This document shows, in pieces, positions 12,814 through 25,458 of a DNA stretch of 64,000 nt. This DNA comes from the human T2T-CHM13v2.0 reference genome, Homo sapiens. A program made the translations under genes and the position numbers. Numbering within the stretch: position 1 is the first letter of the stretch; every line of letters begins with the position of its first letter. The notes beneath the pieces are model-generated. The model was not told where the DNA came from. It saw only the letters and a program-made list of their open reading frames with translations, and searched no databases. The DNA is taken from NCBI RefSeq assembly GCF_009914755.1, contig NC_060926.1; one strand, given 5' to 3'.

Positions 12814-13190
12814 TACATTAGTCTAGTCTCACACTGCTATAAAGATATTGCCCAAGGCTGGATAATTTATAAAGAAAGAGGTTTAACTGACTCACAGTTC
12901 CACATGGCTGGGGAGGCCTCAGGAAACTTGCAATCATGGTGGAAGGGGAAGCAGGCACCTTCTTCACTAGGCAGCAGGAGACAGTGAGTGTGAGTGTAAG
13001 GAGGGGAATTGCCAGATGCTTATAAAACCATCAGATCTCATGAGAACTCACTCACTATCACGAGATCAGATTGGGGAACCTGCCCCCATGATCCAATCAC
13101 CTCCCACTGAGTCCCTCCTTCAACACATGGGGATTATGGGGACTACAATTCAAGATGAGATTTGGGTGGGGACACAGCTAAACCATATCA
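12814..13190 (-). mobile_element. THE1D-like MaLR solo LTR
   Basis: Ends in gatttgggtggggacacagctaaaccatatca (reverse of the THE1 5' end); contains ggaggcctcaggaaactt. Confidence 0.92.
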
Positions 13191-14137
13191 GATGCCTCCA
13201 TCCACTTCCACAACTGTAATCCTAGAATTGTCACTTCTAGATATACCATATGTACTCTGTCTTTACTCCTTCTATATTCCCATTTACCCTACATGTTGCT
13301 TCCAAATTTAATTAAATTTTAACATTTTCTTTCTTTTTACAAAACTCCCCTTTCACAATCTAAAAACTAGAATCCCAATTCAGAAGCTTGGACCTCAAAA
13401 TGCTTCAGAATTTGGCCCACCCTTCATGGCCAGCTTCACCACAGCTCAAGTTTTCTGTCCTATACTCACTCTCAACTGAAAATCTTTGCTCATCCTGTTT
13501 TCCTGAGTGGAAATGGCCTTTCCCTTCATTTCTTTTATCTAAACTTACTCTTCTTAAGATCCATATTATGTTTAAACTATAGGGCACACACCATCTCTTC
13601 TAGCCTCCTGGGATATTCCTTTTTCTATACTTCTATAGCAAATCCCAACTGCTCACTAGAATAGCTTGTCACACATTGCTTTACGGGGACATATAATTAT
13701 TCCACATGAATACATCTTGTCTTGGTATTTACGTTATAAGTTTCTTAGAATACTCCATAACAAATTATGCACATAAGAAGAATTCAGTACATACTTTCTG
13801 AATTAAAAGTAGTTTTCTTCCTATCTACCTATGTACTAGCATTATAAGAATAACATTATAGGCATACAGTGGAAAAGTTTCAAGAGTGAAAACAAATCCA
13901 CACCTATGTATTATTAAATAGTGAGGGACAAAGTGCTAAAGTATTATATATAAAATTATTCACAAATATTAAAACTATTTTCTTTTTGTTGGAAGGTTTT
14001 CATTTTTTCTAAATGAAAGGAGGCAAACTTCTATTAAATAGCTAGAACAGTAAATGAAAAAAAGAAATGGTCTCTTGTTTTTTTCTCACTTAGAAATCTT
14101 TCTTTTCATGAATTATTCTTAATGCTAAGTAAACTGC

Positions 14138-14231
14138 ATATATATATATATATGCATATATATGTATCTGCATATATATATATATGCATATATATGTATA
14201 TGCATATATATATGCATATATACATATATAT
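14138..14231. repeat. (TA)n/(CATATA)n compound microsatellite
   Basis: TA runs punctuated by tgca. Confidence 0.9.
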
Positions 14232-14852
14232 TCCCCCTGAACAAATTCTTAGTTTTTTCTGTATAATTTTTATTAAACAAGACCACACAAATGAGTAGGA
14301 AAGAAAACATTTTGTCATCCTTATGCTCGGACACTTACACTAAAATATTTTTGCCAGGAAGGAATAGACTAAACATACATCAAGCCAAATGGAGATGCTT
14401 ACTTTAAGACTTGAGGTACTTCTTATGATTTAAGACATTAGACCATAATTTGAGAATGTTTGGAAAAAGCATGCAATGGCTTTGTTTCTGACCATCACTG
14501 CATAAAAGTCTATATATCCAAAAGATTTTACAAACACATGTGGGTGGCTAATAGTATTGTTTTAAGCTACATTTTAGTTTTTTAAACTAACTTTACAAAC
14601 ATTTTTGAGGGTAGCCTCAATTTTTAATTAAAATAATTGTGATCTTTCTTCTTGATCATCTCTGTCTTAGCACTTCTCATCTCAGGATGTAAGTCCAAAA
14701 AATGCATCTCTTTGCTGCATAAGTTATTGTCAGTCATGACTCATTTATCTGGTCAGAATTAAAGAAAATAGTTTCTACTAAATGCTAGTGTTTCCTCTGA
14801 GGTATGTCTTTTGGGGTGTGGCATGGGAGTGGATAGACACAGTGGTAACCTT

Positions 14853-15050
14853 TACTCATTCATTTGATACATATGACTTGAGCACTTCATGGGCAAGACT
14901 CTGTTAGATGCTGAAGATACAGCAATGAAAGAGACAGATACAGCCTTTATTCTCATTGAGTTTGTATTAAAAGAGACACTTGGACATTAAACAACTAGTT
15001 ACACAATAATTTAATCATGATAGTGGTAAGTACTAAAAAGGAGAAAAATA
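14853..15050 (-). mobile_element. L2 3' end fragment
   Basis: cattcatttgatacatatgacttgagcac...gatgctgaagatacagcaatga. Confidence 0.75.
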
Positions 15051-16099
15051 GCTTGGCAACCCGGAAACTCTTCAGAATTAGCCCCCTTTTTAACCATTGT
15101 TGTCCTATCCTTTGTTCCTATCATTTATTCCTAGGAGAGATTTTATTTAAACTACTTATAATTAACAAACTCCAGACAGTCTCTAGTGAATGACTCAACA
15201 TGACCCTGCAAACTTTTCAAAGAGATCAGAGTACAAGATTTTGAAATATAACCAACATGTTTTGACCAAACTTAACCTATGAAATTAGACCAGGATAAGT
15301 TAAATATAAACAGGTTTCTCTAGGAGTAAACATACATGAGACAAATACAAAAAAATGTATGGTGAGCAGTTCCCAGCATAGCCTCCCCCATCTTCTCATT
15401 AAATACAAACGAACACTGGGCAAAAGAGGACACATTGACAACACACAGAAAAACTAAGATTGATAGTCAACCTAAAACCAGAATCTAGGAGGAACTGGCA
15501 TTAATTATAAGGGGGTTAGATCTGGATTGTGAAACACATATCAAGGCTTAAACACATGGCATAGTGAATGAATAAAGGCTCCTTGACAGAGAGGCTTTCC
15601 CCCTCTCAGAGAACAGGCAGGTTGCACGTGGACCCCTGGGAATTTCTCTGAAAAGATAGAATCTACTTCCAGGCACAATCAATGCTGGGAGTAAGCAAAG
15701 CAAATTGCTATGAATGAGGCAGGCATGAACCAGACTTTTGCGTAGTACTGTTTTGTTTTATGTTTAATATTATTATCCAAAACAGTAGAGTAAGGAAAAT
15801 AACACCAGAGTAGCGATACACTAAAACACTAAATGAAGGCCTTCTAGAAATGGAGTAATGTGTAGAACAGCCTGCACCTCATCTGAAAATCCAAGAAAGA
15901 TATGAGACAACAAGGTCAAGGACAGGAGCAAAGACAAATAACTTACCCTTCTACTGAAAACTCTAAGTCTTGACTGTTCCTGCATTGTAAAAGTATGAGA
16001 CAAAAGACAAAGGGGGAACAAAAACTATTATAGCAGAATGAAACTATTAGAACAGCATCTGTGAAGCTTGAAGGAAGAATATGCTTTGATTATGAGTTA

Positions 16100-17410
16100 G
16101 ATGTAACGATGTCCCCATTACTGAAACATGAGATGTGTTTCCTTTCAAATCAGAAATAAAGCTAGAAGGCCCACTCTCACCATTATAAGCTAATTTCTGA
16201 AAGGACTAGCTAATACAATCAGCCATGTAAATCAAGCAAGGCATATGAATATTTGAAAGGAAGATATAGATTCATCATTTTCAACTAGAATCAACATAAA
16301 ACAAAGAAAAATTAATACTATCTAATATTTTGGTAATTACCATTTTTAATGTAATATATAAAATACACTCTTCTAAATGCAAACATCTTAAATATTTTCA
16401 ACTAAACTTAAACATAAGTGCTAAAGGGTCACATTAAAAAAATAAAAACCTCAGAATTTTACTCAGGGACTCAAAATGCTTTTATATAAGAAGACTTATG
16501 TAATGAATGAGTCTTCCTGCATGGGAAGTTTCAATATTCTAAAGATGTCAATTCCCTTCCAACTATAAATATTAGATACTCCAAATAAAAATTAGGAAAT
16601 TTTTGTTGTGGAGATGAGGGTAGAGAGTGGGATCTTGACGAATGATCCGAAATTCATTGAAAGAATAATCATGAGTTAACAAAACATTTTTTAGAAAACC
16701 AAGAGTAACAGATATTTTTCAAATGACAAAATGTGTTATAAAAGTACATGATTCTTATACTTTTCAAGTAAACACAAATGACCTTTGTTGTGGACTGTAA
16801 ATGTAAGTATGCTCAAAACTGAAGCAGCATAAAACCCAGGCCTACATTCACTCCAGGTCCCAGAATGATGACAGTAGGAAGTGCACAGGTTATAGTGGAA
16901 CAGAACAAAGGCTGGTTTAAGAGACTCACCTTCTCCTGTAGCACCTAACATCACTATTTTCCAAAAGGAATGACTGATAGGGCCAGTCTCTCCCCATCCT
17001 AGGTGAACTGTCCCTTATGGACATACTTCATACTTAACCATTCAAATGGTCTTTTGGCCTCCTTCATGCTCACCATATAGTTATCACTGATGGGAATTTA
17101 ATTCAAAGTCCAACAAGCAATAACTGCATTAATAGACTTAGTTTCACTTGATATATCTATCAAGTTTATGAAGAAAGAAATACTTTCTTCACATAACAAA
17201 TACCAAAACATACAACAAAATGTGGAAGGTTGTATTCTCCTCTCTAGGAAACCTTATGCCAAAATAAATTCTAAGTAATCACAATTTAAATGTCATAGGT
17301 GAAACCATTAATTGTTTAATTAAAGGTACATTTGTAAACATTCTAAAAATATCATCAAAAGCAAAAACACTAAAAAAATGATTGAGAGGTATGGGTAAAC
17401 TAAAATTAGT
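16100..17410 (+). mobile_element. Degraded L1M/L1ME ORF2 fragments (discontinuous)
   Basis: gcccactctcaccatta, tttcaatattctaaagatgtcaattc and aaaataaattctaag are ORF2-like blocks. 16740-17150 is unassigned. Confidence 0.6.
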
Positions 17411-17419
17411 TCCTTGGTA

Positions 17420-17755
17420 GAAAAGAGAAGGATGACTAGGCAGAGCACAGAGGATTTTTAGGGCAGTAAAACTATTCTGTGTGATACCATAATGGTGAAT
17501 ATCTGTCATTATGCATTTGTCAAAAGTTATGGGATCTATAACACCAAGAGTAAACCCTCATATAAACCATGGGCTTTGGGTAATGACGTGCCAGCGCAGG
17601 TTCATCTATTGTGATAAATGGATCACTGTGGTATTGGATGACCACAGTAGGGGAGGCTAGGCATGGGTGAGGACAGAGTATATATGGAACATTTTTGTAT
17701 TCCTCTCAATGTTGCCGTGCCTCCAAAACTGCTCTGAAACACAAAGTTTATTCAC
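17420..17755 (+). mobile_element. L1MC1/2-like 3' end
   Basis: ggcagagcacagaggatttttagggcagtaaaactattctgtgtgatacc...ccaaaactgctctgaaacacaaagttta. Confidence 0.85.
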
Positions 17756-17936
17756 ATTTTTTAAAAGACCACAGGAAAAAAAAACTTTTTAATTTCCATG
17801 GAGAAATACAAACATAAACAAAATTTTTTAAATAAAAAATTAGGAGGAAAGTATTTGTCACATACATAACAGAAAAATCGTTAATAATCTTAAAATGTAA
17901 ATTGTGGTCAGTTTTTAAAAAAATCTGTAAATACAC

Positions 17937-18388
17937 TATGTTAGTTTCCTAAGGCTACCATAACAAATTACCATAAACTAGGCAACCTGTAACAACAGAA
18001 ATTTATCCTCTCACAGTCCTGGAGACCAGAAGTCCAAATCAAGGTATCAGCAGGGCCCCACTCCCTCAGAAGGCTCTAGTGGAGAGATTCCTTACCTCTT
18101 TCCACTTCTGGTGTGGCTCCAGCGGTCCTTTGGCTTATGGCTGCAAAGCTGCAACCTTTGCTTTTGTTTAATGGCCTTCTTCTCTTTGTCTATGTCTTAT
18201 ACTTTCATGTCTCTTACAAGAATATTTGTCATTGGATTCTGGACCCACCCAAATAACATAGGATGATCTTATCTTCAGATCCTTAATAGAGCTACACAGG
18301 CCCTTTTTCCAAATAAGTTCATATTTACAGGTTCTGGGGGCTAGGACATAGACTTACCTTTTTTGGGGCCACCACTAGACCTACTACA
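17937..18388 (-). mobile_element. MLT1C-like MaLR LTR
   Basis: ttagtttcctaaggctaccataacaaattacc...ttttccaaataagttcatatttacaggttctgg...cctactaca. Confidence 0.88.
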
Positions 18389-18394
18389 TATAGC

Positions 18395-19310
18395 AATTTT
18401 AAAAATGAGCAACCGATATGAACAGGCAATTCCCAAATAAAGAAATAAACCTTTTAAAAAGTCATCAATCTTAACAGAAATCAAATAAATGCAAATACAA
18501 GTGACATTGAGACATCCTTTTTCACTCTCAGATGTTGAAAACAAATTTAAATAATAAATGTTAGTGTTGGTCAGGGTAAGGGATACAGACATATGCATGG
18601 ACAGCTGGTAGATGTATAAATTAACACAAAATTTTTAGAGACCAAATTTTTAACATATATTAAAAGCATTGAAAATATTTAAATGCATTAATTCAGCAAC
18701 TGCTATTCTGTGAATTTAGTCTAAGCAAATAATCACATAATTTCTCAAAGATACACATACACATATGTATACATATCTACACAAAGATATTGCACAATTG
18801 CTTATACTGACAAAAAATCAGAATAACTTCAACATCCAAAATTAAGGGATTTGTTGAATAAACTACAGTTACATCATAAGATGTAATACTAAAGTATTAC
18901 ATAAAAATGTAGATATGGCTGGGCACGGTGGCTCACACCCATAATGCCAGCACTTTAGGAGGCCAAGGAGGGCAGATCACTTGAGGTCAGGAGTTACAGA
19001 CCAGTCTAGCCAACATGGTGAAACCCTATCTCTACAAAAAATACAAAAATCAGCTGGGCATGGTGGTGGGCACCTGTGTTCTAGCTACTCGGGAAGCTGA
19101 GGCAGAGAATTGCTTGAACCCAGGAGGCAGAGGTTGCAGTGAGCCGAGATCGCACCACTGCACTACAGCCTGGGTGACAGAGAGAGACTCCATCTCAAAA
19201 AAGAAAAAAAAAGGTAGATACGTATTTACTGGCAGTGACAGAGATTCACAGTACATTATTAAGTAGAAATTTAAGCTCTGAAACAGTGTACATGCATTCT
19301 TATTAAGTAT
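18395..19310 (+). mobile_element. L1ME 3' region interrupted by an Alu
   Basis: gatatgaacaggcaattc, aaataaatgcaaat, ttcagcaactgctattctg, ggatttgttgaataaactac. Confidence 0.72.
18917..19212 (+). mobile_element. AluSz/Sx
   Basis: Full dimer. Degenerate TSD aaaatgtagatat / aaaaggtagatac. Confidence 0.94.
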
Positions 19311-19719
19311 CTTCATATTTAATTTAGATTTTTATTTATAAATTGGAAGCCCAGTTGTTCCAGTAGCATGGTTTTATACAAGCATCTTATTATAAATTCC
19401 ATTGCACATTACAGAGAAATGTCTGGAATCCCATTAGCTGTGATTTCACACATTTAAAACAAATTTTCATGTTTACGCCTAACTGAAATTGCATCTTTTC
19501 TTGCTGACACCAAGATCCCCTGGGTGGGCCTCCAATGTTGATGAAACTGGGTAGCCAAAAGTGGCAAAACAGCAAAGGACTGGGAAATAAGATGAAGGCA
19601 AGTTTGAGTTCCACATGTTGCGCTTATTTCCTGGATAAATACGGATGTACTTGGAGTTCGTTTCCCTACTGTGTATAAACATGTTTTTTTCCATTGTAGC
19701 CAAAGATGACAACACAAAC

Positions 19720-20112
19720 TGTTTTAGTTCATTCTTGCATTGCTATAAAGAACTACCTGAGACAGGGTAATTTATAAAGAAATGAGATTTAATTGGCTCA
19801 GTGTTCCATAGGCTGTACAGGAAGCATGGCTGGGGAGGCCCCAGGAAACTTACAATGATGATGGAAGGCAAAGGGGAAGCAGGCATGTCTTATATGTCTG
19901 GAGCAAGTGGAAGAGAGTCGGGGGAGGTGTCACACACTTTTAAACAGCCAGATCTTGTGAGCACTCTTCATAAAACAGCACTATGGGGATGGTGCTAAAC
20001 CATGAGAAACCACCCCCATGATCCAATCACCTCCCACTAGGCTCCACCTCCAGCATTGGGGATTACAATTCAATAAGATATTTGGGTAGGGACACAGAGA
20101 CAAACCATATCA
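19720..20112 (-). mobile_element. MSTA solo LTR
   Basis: ggctgtacaggaagcatggctgg, ggggatggtgctaaacc, ending aaaccatatca. TSD caaac/cagac. Confidence 0.92.
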
Positions 20113-20502
20113 CAGACCAACAGGAAAACTCCTTTTCTTTTTTCCAAATTGAGGGAGAGATTTATGTTATTCCATGCCATCCTCTACTTGGTCCACTGTT
20201 ATTGTATAAAGTAGTTCTTTATATAAGAAAGTCTTGTGTTCAGTCAAGGGTATAGAAAATTGAACAAGTTCATTTTTGTTAAATGTTCTTTCTCTCATCT
20301 TTCGTGGTATCTTGTTGCTAAAGACATTTAGAAAGTCCCAGTCTCACAGTAATGATAGAAAGTTCAACCTAAATAAATCATTTCAGTTTTTCATATTTTG
20401 CCAAGTGCTCCTGTCCTCTATTGCACCTCTAAAACAGTTTCGGTGTGGAGAATACCTGTTTAATTTCCCATCTTTCTTTTGTCCCTGTTGCTGTTTGTTT
20501 TT

Positions 20503-20598
20503 CAGACTGGGTGCTTCATGAAGGGAAATTGTGTGTCTAGTTTCCTTTCCCAGGTGCAATACCACTGCTCATACAGTCTATTTATTGAATGAAAGAAG
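20503..20598 (+). mobile_element. Short L2 3' end
   Basis: agactgggtgcttcatgaaggg...tatttattgaatgaaagaa. Confidence 0.55.
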
Positions 20599-20941
20599 AC
20601 TCACCAGCCCCAGCCAGAGGTCAGGCCTACATCACAAATTAGGACCGTGAGCACAGAGCAGATCATTCCCTTGAGATTCAGGCATATCCCTGTGGCCTCA
20701 CTAACAGCCAGACTTTTGAAAGCTGGACAAAGGGAGGGTTTGGAGGGGAGGTAGTCTAAAAATGTATCCCTGTCCTATTTCTGGATTAGCCTAAGAAGCA
20801 AAGAGAACCCTGGAAGTGTCCAGGAGTGAAGGGTGAGCACAGAGAGGATATGGTGTTAGAATACAGTCTAGGAACTGGCAGGCCAGGAAAAGAGTTGCCT
20901 CTTCTTGAAGCCTACTAAGTACCAGTTTGTATGTGAATCCC

Positions 20942-21360
20942 TGTGTTAGGTCATTTTTGCATTCTTACACAGAAATACCTGAGTCTGAGCAATTTATAAA
21001 GAAAAGAGGTTTAACTGGCTCACAGTTCTGCAGGCTATACAAGCCTGGCACCAGCATCTGCTCAGCTTTTGGTGAGGCCTCAGGAAGCTTCCAATCACGG
21101 CAGAAGAATGTAGGGGGAGCAGGAGCAAAAGGGAGAAAGAGTTGGGGTGGGAAGTGCCACAGAATTTTTGTGTTCTTTGTGTGTTCAGAGATCTCTTGTG
21201 AACTGTTGGAGAGTTCACTTATCACCAAGGGGATGGCCAAAGCCATTGGTGAGGGATCCATTCCCATAATTCCAAAGCCTCTCACCAGGCCCCACCTCCA
21301 ACATTGGAGATTACATTTCAACAGGAGATTTGAGTGAGGACAAAAATCCAAGTTATATTA
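20942..21360 (-). mobile_element. MSTB-like solo LTR
   Basis: ggcaccagcatctgctcagcttttggtgaggcctcaggaagctt...ccaggccccacctccaacattgg. Confidence 0.9.
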
Positions 21361-22515
21361 ACCCATTTTGCATAATAAAATCTCCCTGTGTACTAGAAGA
21401 CCCAATTTACTTACACTCTACATAAATGTAAAAAATTTTAATAAGATACTTTTTTTCTCTATAACTGAAAAATATAATCTAACCTATAATCTGATCATTT
21501 ATGACACCCATCTAATGGGTAGGAGGGGAAAATAAAACTGTGCTTTAGTCCACTCAATTGACTTGGTTTGAAGCAATAACTTAATTCCTTGAGACAGATG
21601 CCTACTTTCTCAGGTCCTCTTATTCTCCCCTGCTCTTCTCTAAGTTGGCCTCCAACTACATGAGGCAGGAGCATAACAAACAGCACCCTATGACAGAGAG
21701 GAAGAGACAGAGTCTCAGAATCCACATAGTGCCCCCTGTACATCCTTGGGCTTTGCAACTGAATGGCTGAACAAAACAGCCACTACCCTGGTGCCTGCTA
21801 CTCTGTCTCTGGTCTCATCCCTGGGGATCTTGCTGACTGGTCATGGCCTAGGATGCTCTCTGCTTGGGGTGACTTTGTTCACCTCTCAGTCATGCTGAAG
21901 CATCTCCCACATCCCCTGGCCAGCCTGTGGCCCTTTAACCTCATCACTGAGAGCACTTGATACCACCTTTATAGTCAAGTCTGTACCTTCTGCCATCTAC
22001 CAAGATGTTAATGTTTCTAATAAGAATGTCTCTCACCTGCCTCTCTTAAATCAGTGTAACTTACTTTGTTTCTCTCTCCTCCTGCTCATGTTTTGACATT
22101 AAAACCAAAGCATGTTACACACAGCAATCACATCCCTCCTGGAATTTCTAGGTATGCTTTTCTAAAAACAGTGTTCCAGGAATAAGCCTTTTCAATTTCC
22201 TTCCAATCTTTCGAGTTTCTAATAATATCACTGAGTATTTTCCTCAATTCAAGAAGATTACTTCTCTGATATGTAATAAGAATTTCCATTCTTCTTAATG
22301 CATTCATGAATTCACAAGTTTAACCCTTCCACAAGCTCCTTTCTCATCTCTCAAAATAGTTCAAAATAAGACAAAAATAGCTAGATTTGGGGCAGCTCAC
22401 CTTGTGCTACCTACTCACGATAAATACTAACTAAAAGGTTGAAAGCTTGCACACAAGTTCTCTGAGGTTCATTGGAAACTTACCTGCCTTTACAGTTTAA
22501 AGTCCTGGCAAAAAT

Positions 22516-22521
22516 AGATAA

Positions 22522-22574
<53 letters not shown>

Positions 22575-22581
22575 TAGATAG

Positions 22582-22611
<30 letters not shown>
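22516..22611 (+). repeat. Compound tetranucleotide STR: AGAT AAAT [AGAC]12 [AGAT]7 AAAT [AGAT]2
   Basis: Counted directly: AGAC 22524-22571, AGAT 22572-22599. Confidence 0.96.
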
Positions 22612-22612
<1 letters not shown>

Positions 22613-22699
22613 GAAAAATATTCCCCATCAGCGACTAACCTGTACAACATATTGTCTGTTTTAAGGAAAGACAGCTACAAATAAAAATCTCCTTTTCCA

Positions 22700-23553
22700 A
22701 GCCCTTGTACACTATTGATGGGAGTGTAAATTGGTGCAGCCATTATGAAAAAGAGTATAAAGATTCCTCAAAAAATTAAAAATAGAATTACCATATGATC
22801 CAGTGATCCCATTTCTGAGTATATATCCAAAGGAAGTGAATTCAGAATCACAAAGAGGTATCTGCACTCCCACCTTTATTGCAGCACTAGTCACAATAGC
22901 CAAGATACAGAAACAACCAGTGTCTATCAACAAATGAACGGATAAAAAAATTATATATATGATATGTAGATATACATATGATATGTAGATATATATATGA
23001 TATGTAGATATATATATGATATGTAGAGAGATATATATATATCCACATACACTTATAATGGAATATTATTTAGCCATAAAAAGGAAGGAAATCCTGTTAT
23101 TTGCAACAACATGGATAAACCTGGAGGACATTATGCTAAACGAAATAAGCCAGACACCAGAAAGAGAAATACTCCATGATCTCACTTATATGTGAAATCT
23201 AAAAAATCAAACTCATAGAAGAGATCAGAGTAGGGTTGCCAGGAATTGGGGGTAGGAAGGGGGAAAGAAATGGGGAGATGTTGATCAAAGGGCACAAACT
23301 TTCAATTATAAGATAAATACGTTCTGGGAATCAAGAACAAAGGGACTGTAGCAAAGTGACCACAATTGAAGCTATTAATACTGTATTGTCTACTTGAAAT
23401 TTGTTAAGAGAATAGATGTTAAGTGTTCTCACCACAAAAAAAAATGGTAACTGTAAGGTGATAGATATGTTAATTAGCTTGTGTTGCTCATTTTACAATG
23501 CACACTTTAAATATGTTTATTTGTCAATTATACTTCAATGAAACTGAAAAAAA
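22700..23553 (+). mobile_element. L1MA8/9-like 3' end
   Basis: aaatagaattaccatatgatccag, ggataaacctggaggacattatgc, 3' terminus tttatttgtcaattatacttcaatgaaactgaaaaaaa. Confidence 0.9.
22952..23042 (+). repeat. About four copies of a 17-19-bp unit (ATATATATATGATATGTAG) inside the L1
   Basis: gatatgtag recurs four times, separated by TA runs. Confidence 0.88.
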
Positions 23554-24042
23554 TCTCCCTTACCAGATGAAACCAAAGTATGCCTTCTTTGGTCAATGTC
23601 AGCTGCAGAGGCCCTGGAAGCCATGCTTGCTGAAACCTAAGCTACATCATCTGCATGCCTACTTGGACACTAGCTACCCCAGTCAAAGCAAAGAGCTAGG
23701 CATATCCAGGTGTATTATTGGGCACCAAATGCCAGTATGCTCATGTCTTCTGGAGGTTTTCTGTCCTAGGCATGACCTATGAAGATTTCTGGAGGAAAGG
23801 GCACAGGAGATCAAAATATCAGCATTAATGGGGGCATGACTAGGTTAGAGAAAGAGGTTCAAACACAAGGCCAAAAGAGTTTCTTCCTCCTTCCTTCCTG
23901 ACATAAGCAACCTGCTGGTCACAGGCAGATCAGCCATCAGGGAGAAAGTGTTTGCTCTGATTAGAGCTCCACTTGAAGGACAGCAGAGTGGGTGGAACCC
24001 ATGGACTGTCCAGCTCCCGAAGAGCTGATGGTCATTGATGCC

Positions 24043-24467
24043 TGCATTCTTCCTGGGGTTTCTGTGACAAAGGACCACGAAGTGCCTGGCCTAAAATAAC
24101 AAAAAAGTATCTCACAATTCAGGACACTAGAAGTTCGAAATCAAGATGTCAGCAGGGCTGAGCTCTCTCCAAAACCTCTGTGGGAGGATCCTTCCTTGTC
24201 TCTTTCAGCTTCTGGTAGCCCTAGGCATTCCTTGACTGGTGGCTACACAACTCCATATCTGCTTCCATCATCACATGGCTGTCTCCTTCTGTCTCTGTTT
24301 TCGCTTCTTTCAAGAACAGTCACACTGGATTACAGCCCACACTAATGACCTCATCTTAACTTGATTACATCTGCAAAGAACTTATTTCCAAATAAGGTCA
24401 CATTCACAAGTACCAGAGGTTAAGATTTCAACATATCTTTTTGGAGGACACAATTTCACTCATAACA
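24043..24467 (-). mobile_element. MLT1B/C-like MaLR LTR
   Basis: gaaatcaagatgtcagcagggc...acatctgcaaag...ttccaaataaggtcacattcac...cataaca. TSD atgcc/atgac. Confidence 0.88.
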
Positions 24468-24956
24468 ATGACTAGGACCTTTAGTACATTTATCTCATCA
24501 CTTAGAGAATCTGGATAAAGGGATATCAGAATTTTGCCTTCCAGTAAATCAGATAAAGTGTGCCATCCATGGAGAGGATACAGTGAGGGAGAAGAGAAGA
24601 GCAGAGACCTTCAATAAAGATAGGTTCTTATTCTATGAGCAATACTCAAAGAAAGCAAGATTTAAAAAGAAGCACAGTTAATTTTAACCTTAAAATGAAT
24701 GAACAAGGATTTACTGGGACAGTTTTGACATCACCTCTGTGTTCATTTAACACTTTATGTGTCAATCTAACTATGAATATAAGTTATTTAATATGCCAAA
24801 ATAAATTTGCATGTTTCCCTCATATATAAAATTATGTTCACCTGAAGGAAACAGCTGATTGATGGTTAAATATTAAACATGCAAGAAAAGAGAAAATATG
24901 TTCAATAATCATAATTTAAAAATGCAGGTTGAAAAAAAATGCTTTTGCCTATCAAA

Positions 24957-25255
<299 letters not shown>

Positions 25256-25323
25256 AAATTGGATATTTTTATGCCCATCAAACTGGTAAAAAAACTTTAA
25301 GAACTCCATAGTATGCATTGTTA

Positions 25324-25370
25324 TTAAGGTTGGTGCAAAAGTAATTGCAGTTTTTGCCGTTGAAAGTGAT
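25324..25370. mobile_element. Half of a MADE1 (Hsmar1 MITE)
   Basis: ttaaggttggtgcaaaagtaattgcagtttttgcc matches the Hsmar1/MADE1 TIR. The second TIR is missing. Confidence 0.88.
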
Positions 25371-25394
25371 ACAAATTAGTGATACAAGTGATAC

Positions 25395-25458
25395 AAGATC
25401 GAGCCACTGCAATCCAGCTGGGCGACAGAGCGAGACTCTGTCTCAAAAAAAAAAAAAA
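25395..25458 (+). mobile_element. Alu 3'-terminal fragment (~50 nt plus poly-A)
   Basis: agatcgagccactgcaatccagctgggcgacagagcgagactctgtctc(A)14. Confidence 0.9.

Larger units (their letters stand above)
11780..13805 (+). mobile_element. LINE-2 fragments interrupted by AluSc and THE1D
   Basis: Pyrimidine-rich, L2 ORF-like blocks (cttgacccttct..., ttgcaatcttacttctgtccacactc, ttctgtctttagtcctct) and a degraded L2 3' end near 13740-13805. Confidence 0.65.

Noticed and set aside
19310-19720. Possible processed-pseudogene 3' UTR on the minus strand (AATAAA near 19330)
   Set aside because: No poly-A tail or TSD. The AATAAA segment looks like an L1 ORF2 fragment and no parent gene was recognised.
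20927-21351. Overlapping 136-aa and 128-aa ORFs on both strands
   Set aside because: Almost entirely within the MSTB LTR. Similar ORFs in the THE1 LTRs are likewise artefacts.
21726-21742. CTCF-like AGGGGGCACTA on the minus strand
   Set aside because: The 5' half of the core (CCASY) is missing.
22952-23042. Regularly spaced short repeats that might suggest a CRISPR-like array
   Set aside because: The spacers are TA runs rather than unique sequence; a slippage minisatellite inside an L1 in a primate genome.
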